NCBI GenBank assembly: GCA_905207485.1
Contig: CAJLLL010000002.1
Coordinates: 10,015 to 74,014 of the forward strand
From: an uncultured Phascolarctobacterium sp.
Lineage (GTDB): Bacteria; Bacillota; Negativicutes; Acidaminococcales; Acidaminococcaceae
Direction: 5' to 3'
DNA length: 64,000 bases
Part shown: positions 38,295-47,957 of the stretch, piece by piece
How positions within the stretch are numbered: the first letter of the stretch is position 1
Layout: every line of letters begins with the position of its first letter
The notes under the pieces: generated by a model
Told to the model about the DNA's origin: nothing
The model's input: only the letters and a program-made list of their open reading frames with translations
Database searches by the model: none
Made by a program: the position numbers and the translations under genes

Positions 38295-39332
38295 ATGATT
38301 GAATTACGCAATGTAGAAAAAACTTACCACACATCCTCGGGCGATATTCCTGCCTTAAAATCCACCAGCCTGACGATTGAGCAGGGTGAAATTTTCGGCA
38401 TCATCGGGTTATCCGGCGCCGGCAAATCCACTTTAATCCGCTGCATTAACATGCTGGAAGAACCTACCGCCGGGCAGGTTTTTGTAGACGGTGAAGAACT
38501 TACCGCCATGACGGAAGCGCAGCTCCGCAAGGCACGCCAAAACATTGGCATGATTTTTCAGCACTTTAACCTGCTTGCCAGCCGCACCGTTTACGGCAAT
38601 ATTGCCTTCCCGCTGGAAATTCAGGGACTGCCCAAAGACGAAATTAAAAAGCGCGTAGAGCCGCTGCTTGATTTGGTACAGCTTAAAGAACGCGCCGACC
38701 ATTATCCCAGCCAGCTTTCCGGCGGACAGAAACAGCGCGTAGGCATTGCCCGCGCCCTTGCCAGCAACCCTAAAGTGCTGCTGTGCGACGAAGCAACCAG
38801 CGCGCTTGACCCGCAGACCACAAAATCCATCTTAAACCTTCTGCGCGATATTAACAAACGTTTAAACCTTACCATAGTAATGATTACGCACCAGATGGAA
38901 GTTGTAAAAGAAATTTGCGACCGCGTTGCCGTAATAGAAAACGGCTCTATTATTGAAGAAGGCAAAATGGTTGATGTATTTACCAACCCGCAGAATCCTA
39001 CCACTAAAGATTTTGTTAAAAGCGTTATCAAAAACGACCTGCCGGCAGCTTATAAAAACATTCCGCTCAGCAGGGAATATGTTGACGGCTCCAGCCTTGT
39101 TGTCCGCCTTTCCTTCTTTGGCGGCAATGCCGATAAACCTATTGTATCCCGCATGATTAAGCACTTCGATGTCGATGCCAATATTATTTCCGGCAATACC
39201 GACCAGCTGAAAGACCGCATTTACGGCAACCTTTTAATAGTAATCGAAGGTTCTAAATCCGCTTTGGATGAATCACTGGCTTTTCTTAACAGCCAGAACC
39301 TTACAGTGGAGGTAATTGGATATGTCAAATGA
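38295..39332 (+). CDS. metN: Methionine import ABC transporter ATP-binding protein
   Basis: Walker A GLSGAGKST and signature LSGGQKQR, with a C-terminal NIL domain. The start is at MIELRNVEK, which has an AGAGGA RBS. Confidence 0.9.
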   Translation: MIELRNVEKTYHTSSGDIPALKSTSLTIEQGEIFGIIGLSGAGKSTLIRCINMLEEPTAGQVFVDGEELTAMTEAQLRKARQNIGMIFQHFNLLASRTVYGNIAFPLEIQGLPKDEIKKRVEPLLDLVQLKERADHYPSQLSGGQKQRVGIARALASNPKVLLCDEATSALDPQTTKSILNLLRDINKRLNLTIVMITHQMEVVKEICDRVAVIENGSIIEEGKMVDVFTNPQNPTTKDFVKSVIKNDLPAAYKNIPLSREYVDGSSLVVRLSFFGGNADKPIVSRMIKHFDVDANIISGNTDQLKDRIYGNLLIVIEGSKSALDESLAFLNSQNLTVEVIGYVK

Positions 39333-39981
39333 AATGATTGAACTTTTAATAAAATCCTTTTGGGAAACCGGCTACATGGTTGTTGCCTCTACTTTGCTGG
39401 CAAGCCTTATCGGCATACCGCTTGGCATTATTTTAACGGTTACGCGCAGCAACCATATTCTGCCTAATGCAGCCATCAACTCTGTTTTGGGCGTTATTGT
39501 AAACGCAACCCGTTCCACGCCGTTTATTATTTTAATGGTTGCCATTATTCCGCTGACTCGCGTACTGGTTGGCTCTTCCATCGGCACCACGGCAGCCATT
39601 GTGCCGCTTACCATTTCCGCAGCGCCTTTCATTGCCCGCGTTATTGAATCTTCCCTTTTGGAAATTAACCCCGGCGTTATTGAAGCGGCGCAGAGCATGG
39701 GTGCAAGCCCGCTGCAAATTATTACCAAAGTATTGCTTCCGGAATCCTTACATTCCATCGTACTTGGCATTACGCTTGCCGTTATCGCGCTTATAGGCTA
39801 TTCTGCCATGGCGGGCGTTTGGGGCGGCGGCGGTCTGGGCGACCTTGCCATCCGCTACGGCTACCAGCGTTTCCAGCCTGATGTAATGATTGTTACCGTC
39901 GTTATTTTAATTTTGCTGGTGCAGGTTATCCAGTATCTGGGCGACACGCTCAGCAAAAAATTAAATAAAAATAAATTGTAA
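39322..39981 (+). CDS. metI: Methionine ABC transporter permease
   Basis: About 219-aa 5-TM permease of the MetI family; the start at MSNEMIEL has a GGAGG RBS. Confidence 0.9.
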   Translation: MSNEMIELLIKSFWETGYMVVASTLLASLIGIPLGIILTVTRSNHILPNAAINSVLGVIVNATRSTPFIILMVAIIPLTRVLVGSSIGTTAAIVPLTISAAPFIARVIESSLLEINPGVIEAAQSMGASPLQIITKVLLPESLHSIVLGITLAVIALIGYSAMAGVWGGGGLGDLAIRYGYQRFQPDVMIVTVVILILLVQVIQYLGDTLSKKLNKNKL

Positions 39982-40004
39982 TGTTTTGAATTGGAGGAGT
40001 AAAA

Positions 40005-40826
40005 ATGACCAAAGTGCAAAGAATTTTGGCCGCACTCGCCATTGGCACATTAGCCCTGGGCGTATTCGGCTGCGGCGGCGAAGAGAAAAAAGCAGACACC
40101 AGCGCGCCTGTTAAAATTGGCGTAACAGCAGGCCCGCACGCCGAACTGATGGATGAGGTAAAAAAACTTGCTGCCAGGGAAGGCCTAAATGTTGAAGTTG
40201 TGGAATTCAACGATTTTGTAACGCCCAACATTGCCTTGCAGGAAGGCGAAATTTTCGCCAACAGCATGCAGCATAAACCTTACCTTGATGCAACCTTGAA
40301 AAAAGAACCCGGCTTTGAACTTGTTGAAGCCTTTAAAACCGTAAACTTCCCGATGGCTGTTTACAGCGATAAAATTAAAAAAGGCGACCCCATCCCCGAC
40401 GGCGCTACCATAGGCATCCCCAATGACCCCTCCAACGGCGGCAGAGCGCTGCTGCTTTTGGCAGAAAAGAAAATGATTGAAGTAAAAGACATTAATGATG
40501 TTACAACTTCTGTTGCCGATATTACCGGCAACCCGCATAATTATAAATTTCTTGAGCTGGACGCAGCGACAATTCCCCGCAGCCTGCCGGATGTAACCAT
40601 TGCCGTTATTAATGCCAACTATGCGCTGCCCGCCGGGCTTAACCCTTTAAAGGACAGCTTGATGGTTGAAGGGGCAGCCTCACCTTATGTAAACATTTTT
40701 GTCACCAAAAAAGCCAATGCAGACGACCCGCGCATTAAACAACTGCAAAAACTTTACCAGTCTGACGAAATGGCTAAATTTATTGATGAGCATTTTAAAG
40801 GCTCCGTTACCGTCGGCTGGAAATAA
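40005..40826 (+). CDS. metQ: Methionine-binding lipoprotein (NlpA family)
   Basis: 273 aa with the lipobox LGVFGC and an NlpA/MetQ substrate-binding fold. Confidence 0.9.
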   Translation: MTKVQRILAALAIGTLALGVFGCGGEEKKADTSAPVKIGVTAGPHAELMDEVKKLAAREGLNVEVVEFNDFVTPNIALQEGEIFANSMQHKPYLDATLKKEPGFELVEAFKTVNFPMAVYSDKIKKGDPIPDGATIGIPNDPSNGGRALLLLAEKKMIEVKDINDVTTSVADITGNPHNYKFLELDAATIPRSLPDVTIAVINANYALPAGLNPLKDSLMVEGAASPYVNIFVTKKANADDPRIKQLQKLYQSDEMAKFIDEHFKGSVTVGWK

Positions 40827-40840
40827 CATTTAAACACAAA

Positions 40841-40862
40841 GCGTCCGCAAGGGCGCTTTTTA
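40841..40862 (+). terminator. Putative terminator after metQ
   Basis: Hairpin gcgtcc-gcaa-gggcgc followed by UUUUU. Confidence 0.45.
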
Positions 40863-40876
40863 TTTAAGGAGATTTT

Positions 40877-41704
40877 ATGAAACACTTTTTTAAAATTTTA
40901 ATATTTTGCTTTATGCTTTTTTCCTGCTGCTTTGCAGCTTACGCCCAAAGCCCTGTTGATACAGGCAAAAGCACCAGCAGCCTGGATGATATTTTTAAAC
41001 GCCATGGCGTAAACGGCACCATTGTTATTTATGATGTGCAAAAAAACGGCTATTATCTGCACAATGCCAAACGTGCGGCGCAGCGTTTTTACCCTGCCAG
41101 CACTTTTAAAATTTTTAACAGCCTTATCGCGCTGAAAACCGGCACGGTTAAAAACGTTGATGAATACTTTTACAAGTACACCGGCGAACCTGTTTATCTT
41201 GAAAGCTGGAAAAACGATGCCAACCTGCGCTATGCCATCAAACGCTCGCAGGTGCCTGCCTATAAAGAACTGGCACGCCGCATCGGGCTGCCCGCAATGC
41301 AGGCTAACATCAATCTTTTACAGTACGGAAATATGGACATCGGTACAGGCATTGATACTTTCTGGCTTCAAGGGCCGTTAAAAATCAGCGCGCTGGAACA
41401 AGTACAGCTTCTGACAAAACTGGCGCAGAAAAAACTTCCCTTTTCTCAATCTGCCCAGGAGCAGGCAGCAGATATAACAATTTTAAAACAAACGCCGGAC
41501 TATACGCTGCATGGCAAAACAGGCTGGGCAACCGATAATATTGAGGTGCCGGTGGGCTGGTTTGTAGGCTGGGCAGAAACCGAAGATACAACCTGCGTTT
41601 TTGCATTGAACATGGATTTAGCCGATGCCAAAGATTTGCCTCTGCGTGAAAGCATTACCCTGGAGTGCCTTTCAACTTTAAAACTTCTGCCGGATGCTTT
41701 ATAA
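40877..41704 (+). CDS. Class D (OXA-like) beta-lactamase
   Basis: 275 aa with a signal peptide. All class D active-site motifs are present in order: STFK (Ser-x-x-Lys), SQV (S-x-V), YGN, KTG and WFVGW (W-x-x-G). Confidence 0.8.
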   Translation: MKHFFKILIFCFMLFSCCFAAYAQSPVDTGKSTSSLDDIFKRHGVNGTIVIYDVQKNGYYLHNAKRAAQRFYPASTFKIFNSLIALKTGTVKNVDEYFYKYTGEPVYLESWKNDANLRYAIKRSQVPAYKELARRIGLPAMQANINLLQYGNMDIGTGIDTFWLQGPLKISALEQVQLLTKLAQKKLPFSQSAQEQAADITILKQTPDYTLHGKTGWATDNIEVPVGWFVGWAETEDTTCVFALNMDLADAKDLPLRESITLECLSTLKLLPDAL

Positions 41705-41738
41705 TAAAATAAAGCAGTACAATGAAAGAAGGGATATT

Positions 41739-42857
41739 ATGGCATATCTTGGCGAAGATATTAAAAAACTGGGCTTTGGCCTGATGCGCCTGCCGCAGAA
41801 AGACGGCGCCATTGACATTGAACAGACCAAACAGATGGTAGATATGTTTTTGGAAGCAGGCTTTACTTATTTTGATACGGCATGGGCATACCCCGGCAGC
41901 GAAGATGCCATCCGTCAGGCCCTGGTAGAACGCTATCCGCGCGAAAAATTCCAGCTTGCAACCAAAAATGCGGCCTGGATTAACTGTAAAACCCGCGAAG
42001 AAGCAATCAGCCAGTTTGAAACAAGCCTGAAACAAACAGGCGCCGGTTATTTTGATTTTTACCTTTTGCATAACCTTGGCGAAAGCCGCACCCACTTTTT
42101 TGACGACTACGATATGTGGAACTTCGTGCAGGAAAAGAAAGCCGAAGGTTTAATCAAACATGTTGGTTTTTCGTTCCACTCCACGCCGGAAGAACTGGAT
42201 GCAATTTTAACCGCCCATCCGGAAATGGAATTTGTGCAGCTGCAAATTAACTATGCCGATTGGGATTACCCCGCCGTACAAAGCCGCCGCTGCTATGAAG
42301 TAGCGCGCAAACACGGCAAACCGGTTATTATTATGGAGCCGGTTAAAGGCGGCATGCTGGCTAACCCGCCCGCAAGCGTGCAAAAAATTTTAAAAGACGC
42401 CGAACCGGATATGTCCGTAGCAAGTTGGGCCATCCGCTTTGCCGCACATCTTGAAGGCATTATTACCGTACTCAGCGGCATGAGCAATATTGAACAGATG
42501 CAGGACAACCTGTCCTATATGAAGGACTTCAAAGGTTTGAGCGCTGATGAAGAAAAAACACTTAAACAGGCGCAGGAAGAACTTAAAAAAATTCCTTTAA
42601 TCCCCTGCACCACCTGCAATTACTGCGCCAAAGTCTGCCCCATGCACATCGGCATCAGCGGCAGCTTTACCGCAATGAATTATTACACGCTGTATAACGA
42701 TTTGGCTGCTGCCAAACACCAGGAAAACTGGCTTGTAAAAGGGCACGGGCTGAAAAAAGCCGCTGAATGCATTAAATGCGGCGCATGTGAAGCAGCCTGC
42801 CCGCAGCATATTAAAATCCGCGATGAGCTGGTAAAAGTTACGGAAACACTGGGCTGA
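41739..42857 (+). CDS. Aldo/keto reductase fused to C-terminal 4Fe-4S ferredoxin-like domain
   Basis: AKR fold (GFGLMRLP, FDTAWAYPGSE) plus a C-terminal dicluster domain with CTTCNYCAKVCP and CIKCGACEAACP. The start is at MAYLGEDIK. Confidence 0.8.
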   Translation: MAYLGEDIKKLGFGLMRLPQKDGAIDIEQTKQMVDMFLEAGFTYFDTAWAYPGSEDAIRQALVERYPREKFQLATKNAAWINCKTREEAISQFETSLKQTGAGYFDFYLLHNLGESRTHFFDDYDMWNFVQEKKAEGLIKHVGFSFHSTPEELDAILTAHPEMEFVQLQINYADWDYPAVQSRRCYEVARKHGKPVIIMEPVKGGMLANPPASVQKILKDAEPDMSVASWAIRFAAHLEGIITVLSGMSNIEQMQDNLSYMKDFKGLSADEEKTLKQAQEELKKIPLIPCTTCNYCAKVCPMHIGISGSFTAMNYYTLYNDLAAAKHQENWLVKGHGLKKAAECIKCGACEAACPQHIKIRDELVKVTETLG

Positions 42858-42871
42858 TATATTAGGCCAAA

Positions 42872-42898
42872 CACCTGCCGTTAAGGCAGGGGTTTTTT
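42872..42898 (+). terminator. Intrinsic terminator after the AKR gene
   Basis: Hairpin cctgcc-gttaa-ggcagg followed by UUUUUU. Confidence 0.5.
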
Positions 42899-42947
42899 AT
42901 TTGCCATTTATGATATAATAAACTGCATAAAATTTTAAGGAGAAGCT

Positions 42948-43748
42948 ATGAGCCGCAAACCTTTTGTGCCGGCAGCTTTACTTGGCAAGCTGTGGCGCTG
43001 CATTATAGAATTTGATATGTTAAAAGAAGGCGACCGTGTTTTAATAGGTTTAAGCGGCGGCAAGGACAGTATGTTTTTAACCGCTGCGCTGGCAGAAGTT
43101 CAGCAGTACGCGCCTTTTAAATTTGAACTTGCCTGCTACACGGTGGATACTATGTTCAGTGATAACTTTCCCAAAGCTGAACTGGAAACTTTTTGCAGCC
43201 AATACGGACTTAAACATTACAGCAGCAAGGTTGATATAACCGAAGCCTGGCAGCACCGTACCAACACGCCCTGCTTTACCTGCGCCTACTTCCGCCGCGC
43301 TGCAACTAACCGCACGGCACTGGAACTTGGTTTTAACAAGGTAGCCTGGGCGCACCACCACGACGATGCCGTGGAAACCTTCTTTTTAAACCTTGCCGCA
43401 AGCGGGCAGCTGAAAACTTTTCTGCCCGTTACCGATTTAAGCCGAACAGGGCTGACGCTTATCCGTCCGCTTTTATATTACCGCGAAGCTGAAATAGTGC
43501 AGATGGTAGCGCAGCTTGGCATGCATCCGCTGAAAAATCCCTGCCCATATGACGGGCACACTAAACGCCAGGAAGCCAAAGAACTGCTTGCCGCTCTGCA
43601 AAAATTCAATCCGGAAGCATATGACCATCTGGCGGCAGCCATGCGCAGCGCGCCGACGGAATTATGGCCGGCAAAATGCGGCAAAAAAGAACTTGCCGAT
43701 AAATTCCATGCCTTTTGGCAGCAAAAATATAACCGCAGGCAGGAATAA
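42948..43748 (+). CDS. ttcA: tRNA 2-thiocytidine biosynthesis protein TtcA-like PP-loop ATPase
   Basis: 266 aa with the PP-loop motif SGGKDS and CxxC motifs (CFTCAYFRR). Confidence 0.7.
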   Translation: MSRKPFVPAALLGKLWRCIIEFDMLKEGDRVLIGLSGGKDSMFLTAALAEVQQYAPFKFELACYTVDTMFSDNFPKAELETFCSQYGLKHYSSKVDITEAWQHRTNTPCFTCAYFRRAATNRTALELGFNKVAWAHHHDDAVETFFLNLAASGQLKTFLPVTDLSRTGLTLIRPLLYYREAEIVQMVAQLGMHPLKNPCPYDGHTKRQEAKELLAALQKFNPEAYDHLAAAMRSAPTELWPAKCGKKELADKFHAFWQQKYNRRQE

Positions 43749-43802
43749 AAGCAGCTGCGGCGAATATAAATTTAGTTATTACATCCTATTGGAGGTTTTT
43801 TT

Positions 43803-44600
43803 ATGACAGTCGGAGAATTAAGACGCAATATTGTAAAGAATTATTTCACTTTCAGCGGGCGTTTAAACCGCAAGCCGTTTTTTATGAACACTGCAACGCT
43901 GCTGGCATTGAGTATTTTTTTAATTTTGTATATCATTACCGTAGAACCGAGCCTTAAGGCTGACCCGCATCACTTTGGTGCCAATGTGCGCCGTTACCTC
44001 ATTTTCTGGGTAGTGTACATACCGCTGATTATTGCCGGCATTTCTTTAATGGTGCGCCGCCTGCATGATATGAACATGAGCGGCTGGTGGGCAGTTTTAA
44101 GCGTAGGCGCGTTTTTGGGCGGCACCGATTTTGGCAATACCGGCATGAACCTTATTGCCTCTGCGCTTGGCGTTGTGGCGCAAATGTTTAACATTGTTCT
44201 GTTGGTGCGCCGCGGCACACGCGGTGCTAACCGTTACGGCGAGGACCCCATTCCTGAACCGGTAAAGCAAAAGAAAACCCGCGCCGAAAAGAAAGCTGAA
44301 GCCAAAGCCCGCAAAGAAGCTGCCGAAGCAGAACGCCGCGCCAACGAAGAACTGGAACGCCAGATTGCCGAAGCGCACCCCGACTGGGACGAATATGACC
44401 TGTACGAAGCCATGCAGGAAGCCAAAGCCAAACGCGCAGCCGAAAAAACTGCGGCAGAAACAGCAGCCAAAGAACCTGAAGAAACAGAAAACCAAAAAAC
44501 AGAAGAAACTAAATCTGCTGAAAACAAAACTGCAAACGGCAAAACTTTTACTGCCGAAATTAAAGCCAGCATCACCATTAACAAAAACGAAGATAAATAA
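43803..44600 (+). CDS. DUF805-family inner membrane protein with charged C-terminal tail
   Basis: N-terminal DUF805 signature (FSGRLNRKPFF) with 3-4 TM helices, followed by a ~110-aa Lys/Glu/Ala-rich low-complexity tail. Confidence 0.65.
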   Translation: MTVGELRRNIVKNYFTFSGRLNRKPFFMNTATLLALSIFLILYIITVEPSLKADPHHFGANVRRYLIFWVVYIPLIIAGISLMVRRLHDMNMSGWWAVLSVGAFLGGTDFGNTGMNLIASALGVVAQMFNIVLLVRRGTRGANRYGEDPIPEPVKQKKTRAEKKAEAKARKEAAEAERRANEELERQIAEAHPDWDEYDLYEAMQEAKAKRAAEKTAAETAAKEPEETENQKTEETKSAENKTANGKTFTAEIKASITINKNEDK

Positions 44601-44605
44601 CCAAA

Positions 44606-44638
44606 CAAAAAATCCCGCCAAAAGCGGGATTTTTATTT
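44606..44638. terminator. Bidirectional intrinsic terminator between the DUF805 gene and map
   Basis: Hairpin aaatcccgc-caaaa-gcgggattt flanked by A-runs upstream and T-runs downstream. Confidence 0.6.
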
Positions 44639-44667
44639 TTTCATTATGGATTTTTAAAAAGCAAAGC

Positions 44668-45480
44668 TTACCACGCCAGCACTTCCACGCCGGTATCGGT
44701 AATGAGCACGGTATTTTCCCACTGGGCAGACATGCTGCCGTCCTGCGTATAAACCGTCCAGTCGTTGTTAGCGTCGATGAATATATCGCGGCGGCCGGCA
44801 TTAATCATCGGCTCAACCGTAAATACCATGCCCGGCACCATCAGCATGCCGGTGTTTTTCTTGCCTTCGTGGCACACAAACGGTTCTTCGTGAAAATCTA
44901 CGCCAACGCCATGCCCGCCGAATTCAGTTACCACGCTGTAACCGTGCTTACGCGCAAACGGTGCAATCGCTGCGCCGATGTCGCCGATAAAAGCCCATGG
45001 CTTGCAGGCTTCCACGCCGCGGCGCAGACATTCCCTGGTAATGGCAACCAAATCCTGGTTGGGCTTTGTTACCTTGCCAATCATAAACATACGCGAAGCA
45101 TCGGCATAATAGCCGTTATAAATTGTGGTTACGTCCACATTAACAATGTCGCCGCTTTTAAGCGCCGTTTTATCGGGAATGCCGTGGCAAACCTGGTCAT
45201 TAACCGATGTGCAGATGCTTTTGGGGAAGCCGTAAAAACCAAGGCAGGCCGGAATACCGCCGTTTTTGGTAATAAAATCGTAGGCCAGCGCGTCAATTTC
45301 TTCCGTAGTCATGCCGCTTTTAATTTTTTCGGCAATCAAATCAAGGCAGGCGTTGTTAATTTTAGCCGCCGCACGGATGCCCTCAATCTGCTCTTGGGTT
45401 TTTATCATTTCCAAATCGGGAACTTCATGCCCTTTGGCTTTTGCTTCGGCAATTTTTTGTTTTATAATTTCAATATCCAT
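44668..45480 (-). CDS. map: Methionine aminopeptidase type I
   Basis: 270 aa with the pita-bread fold and metal-binding Asp/His/Glu residues in conserved context (DIVNVDVT, HGVGVDFHE). Confidence 0.9.
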   Translation of the reverse strand: MDIEIIKQKIAEAKAKGHEVPDLEMIKTQEQIEGIRAAAKINNACLDLIAEKIKSGMTTEEIDALAYDFITKNGGIPACLGFYGFPKSICTSVNDQVCHGIPDKTALKSGDIVNVDVTTIYNGYYADASRMFMIGKVTKPNQDLVAITRECLRRGVEACKPWAFIGDIGAAIAPFARKHGYSVVTEFGGHGVGVDFHEEPFVCHEGKKNTGMLMVPGMVFTVEPMINAGRRDIFIDANNDWTVYTQDGSMSAQWENTVLITDTGVEVLAW

Positions 45481-45642
45481 ATAAATCTCCCTTTAGTGCT
45501 TATTTAATTCAACAATGATATTATAACACATTACAGGCAGCAAAACAGCACAAAGTTAGTTAATGCTTACAAAATTATTTTTTCTATTCTTTTGGGCGGC
45601 TTTGTGGTAAAATATTGTTAGTTTTTGTATAAGGAGGAAACG

Positions 45643-46284
45643 ATGGAAGCTATTTATTCCAACCTTGTTGATTTTATCCTGCATTTTGACCGTTATCTGC
45701 CCATGGTTATGGAAACATACGGGCACTGGATTTACGCCTTTTTGTTTGTTATTGTGTTTTGCGAAACAGGCCTTGTGGTAACTCCGTTTTTACCTGGCGA
45801 TTCACTGCTGTTTGCCTGCGGCGCGCTGGCGGCTACTGCCGATGGGCTGAGCCTGCCGCTTTTGGCCGGAATTTTTCTGGTTGCTGCCATTACGGGCGAT
45901 GCCTGCAATTATGAAATAGGCAAACATTTCGGGCATAAAATGCTTGAGGCGCACTCACGTTTTATAAAGCCGGAATACGTAAAAAAAGCCGAAGATTTTT
46001 ACGCCAAACACGGGCATAAAGCAATCTTTTTAGCGCGTTTTGCCCCGATTGTACGTACCTTTGCACCGTTTGTGGCAGGCATCGGCAGTATGCATTACCG
46101 CACATTTGCCGTTTATAATGTCAGCGGCGCATGCACCTGGGTATTTATTTTCCTCGGCGGCGGCTATTTTTTCGGCAACATTCCGTTCATTAAACAAAAC
46201 TTCTCATATGTAACAATGGGCATCGTGCTGTTCTCGCTGACCCCGATTATTTTTGAGGTTATCCGCAGCAGGCGCGCCCAATAA
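45643..46284 (+). CDS. DedA-family membrane protein
   Basis: About 213 aa with a polytopic DedA/SNARE-associated signature (FLPGDSLLFACG, ARFAPIVRTFAPFVAG). The start at MEAIYSNL has an AGGAGG RBS. Confidence 0.8.
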   Translation: MEAIYSNLVDFILHFDRYLPMVMETYGHWIYAFLFVIVFCETGLVVTPFLPGDSLLFACGALAATADGLSLPLLAGIFLVAAITGDACNYEIGKHFGHKMLEAHSRFIKPEYVKKAEDFYAKHGHKAIFLARFAPIVRTFAPFVAGIGSMHYRTFAVYNVSGACTWVFIFLGGGYFFGNIPFIKQNFSYVTMGIVLFSLTPIIFEVIRSRRAQ

Positions 46285-46301
46285 AGAAAGAAGGCAAGGC
46301 A

Positions 46302-47336
46302 ATGTATTATTTTACCAACGATTACGCTACCGGCTGCACGCCGGAAATTTTAGAAGTTTTAAGCGCCACCAACCTTGAAGAAACACCGGGCTACGGCGAA
46401 GACGTGTACTGCGAAGCTGCCCGCGCTTTAATTCAGAAAGAATGTGCGCGCCCCGATGCCGACGTATATTTTTTAATGGCAGGGACGCAGACCAACCTGA
46501 CAAATATCTCTGCCGCTCTGCGCCCCTTCCACGGCGTATACGGCACCGTGCGCAGCCACATTAACACGCACGAGGCGGGCGCTATTGAACGCGGCGGCCA
46601 TAAAGTAATTGCCCTGCCGGATAAGGACGGCAAACTTACCGCTGCCCAGATTGCCGCAGAACAGGAAAAATATCTGCACGACCCCAGCCGCGAGCATCTG
46701 GTAATGCCCAAAATGGTATATATTTCACAGCCGACGGAAATCGGCACGCTGTACAGCAAACAGGAACTTGAAGATTTGTACGCTGTCTGCAAGCAGTACA
46801 ATTTATATCTGTATATCGACGGCGCGCGTTTGGGCTACGGCTTAACAAGCCCTGCCTGCGATTTTACCATGGCCGATATTGCCAATAACTGCGATGTGTT
46901 CTACATTGGCGGCACCAAATGCGGCCTTTTGTTTGGCGAAGCAGCCGTTATTTTGAACCCTGCCATTAAAGAAGATTTTATTCCGCTGATGAAACAGTGC
47001 GGCAGCGTACTTGCCAAAGGCAGGCTGCTTGGCATTCAGTTTGAAGCCATGTTTACCAGCGGTTTGTATTATAAAGTCTGCAAACAAGGTATCGATGCAG
47101 CCATGCAGGTAAAAGCCGCCTTGCAGCAAAAAGGTTGGGAGTTTTTGGTAGATTCGCCTACCAACCAACAGTTTGTAATTCTTCCGAAAGAAACCTACGA
47201 AAAAATCAGCAAACACTTTAAAGTTGCCCTGTGGGAAAACCTGCCGAATGGAAAAGTTGCCGTGCGTATCTGCACAAGCTGGTCCACCCCGCAGGATGCT
47301 GTAGATAAACTCTGCAAGTTCATAAAAGAGATGTAA
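46302..47336 (+). CDS. ltaE: Low-specificity threonine aldolase / beta-eliminating lyase family PLP enzyme
   Basis: 344-aa PLP fold type I with a lysine in the GGTK context and threonine-aldolase-like N-terminal motifs. Confidence 0.7.
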   Translation: MYYFTNDYATGCTPEILEVLSATNLEETPGYGEDVYCEAARALIQKECARPDADVYFLMAGTQTNLTNISAALRPFHGVYGTVRSHINTHEAGAIERGGHKVIALPDKDGKLTAAQIAAEQEKYLHDPSREHLVMPKMVYISQPTEIGTLYSKQELEDLYAVCKQYNLYLYIDGARLGYGLTSPACDFTMADIANNCDVFYIGGTKCGLLFGEAAVILNPAIKEDFIPLMKQCGSVLAKGRLLGIQFEAMFTSGLYYKVCKQGIDAAMQVKAALQQKGWEFLVDSPTNQQFVILPKETYEKISKHFKVALWENLPNGKVAVRICTSWSTPQDAVDKLCKFIKEM

Positions 47337-47344
47337 GACAAATG

Positions 47345-47376
47345 CAAAAACGCCGCTTTGCAAGCGGCGTTTTTTA
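47345..47376. terminator. Bidirectional terminator between ltaE and the ANTAR regulator
   Basis: Hairpin aacgccgc-tttgcaa-gcggcgtt with flanking A-runs and T-runs. Confidence 0.6.
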
Positions 47377-47955
47377 TTTTCTCTTTTCTGCCGAAGCAAT
47401 GACTGCTTCGGCAAGTTCTTTTAAGGTTATGCGGCGGTTCATGCTGTACTGGCGCATTTTGCTATAGGCTTCGTCTTCCGTCAGCCCATGCGCCGCCATT
47501 AAAATGCCTTTGGCACGGTCAAGCAGTTTGCGCGTTTCCAGACTTTCACGCAAATCTGCCAGTTCATCATCCATACGGCGGTATTCCTTAAAACGGGCTA
47601 TTGCCACCTGCATGCTGGCAAAAAGCTGTTCTTCTCGCACCGGTTTTACAAGGTAGGCCATTACGCCGCTGCTGTTGGCTTTTTCCACCATATCCTGCTG
47701 GCTGTACGCTGTTAAAAGCAGCACCGGCGCAATATGGTTTTCTGTAATAATACCCGCTGCGGTTATGCCATCCATTTTCGGCATTTTAACATCCATTATC
47801 ACCAAATCCGGCTTTAAACGCTGCGCAAGTTCCACAGCTTCCTCACCGTCTGCGGCTTCCCCAAGCACATCATGTCCGGCGTCTGTCAGCATCTCACGCA
47901 AATCAAGGCGAATCAGCGCTTCGTCATCGGCAATAATAATTTTTAACCCTTCCAT
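47374..47955 (-). CDS. ANTAR-domain response regulator (REC + ANTAR RNA-binding antiterminator)
   Basis: 193 aa with an N-terminal receiver domain (phospho-acceptor Asp in LVIMDVKMP) and a C-terminal ANTAR domain (LLDRAKGILMAAHGLTEDEAYSKMRQYSMNRRI). Confidence 0.85.
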   Translation of the reverse strand: MEGLKIIIADDEALIRLDLREMLTDAGHDVLGEAADGEEAVELAQRLKPDLVIMDVKMPKMDGITAAGIITENHIAPVLLLTAYSQQDMVEKANSSGVMAYLVKPVREEQLFASMQVAIARFKEYRRMDDELADLRESLETRKLLDRAKGILMAAHGLTEDEAYSKMRQYSMNRRITLKELAEAVIASAEKRK

Positions 47956-47957
47956 TT

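Noticed and set aside
44097-44801. 234-aa minus-strand ORF rich in Phe/Cys/Gly
   Set aside because: It overlaps the 3' Lys/Glu/Ala-rich tail of the DUF805 gene and the map terminator. It mirrors the low-complexity GAA/AAA repeats, so it is not a gene.
44365-45507. 380-aa plus-strand ORF
   Set aside because: It is antisense to methionine aminopeptidase, which has unmistakable motifs on the minus strand.
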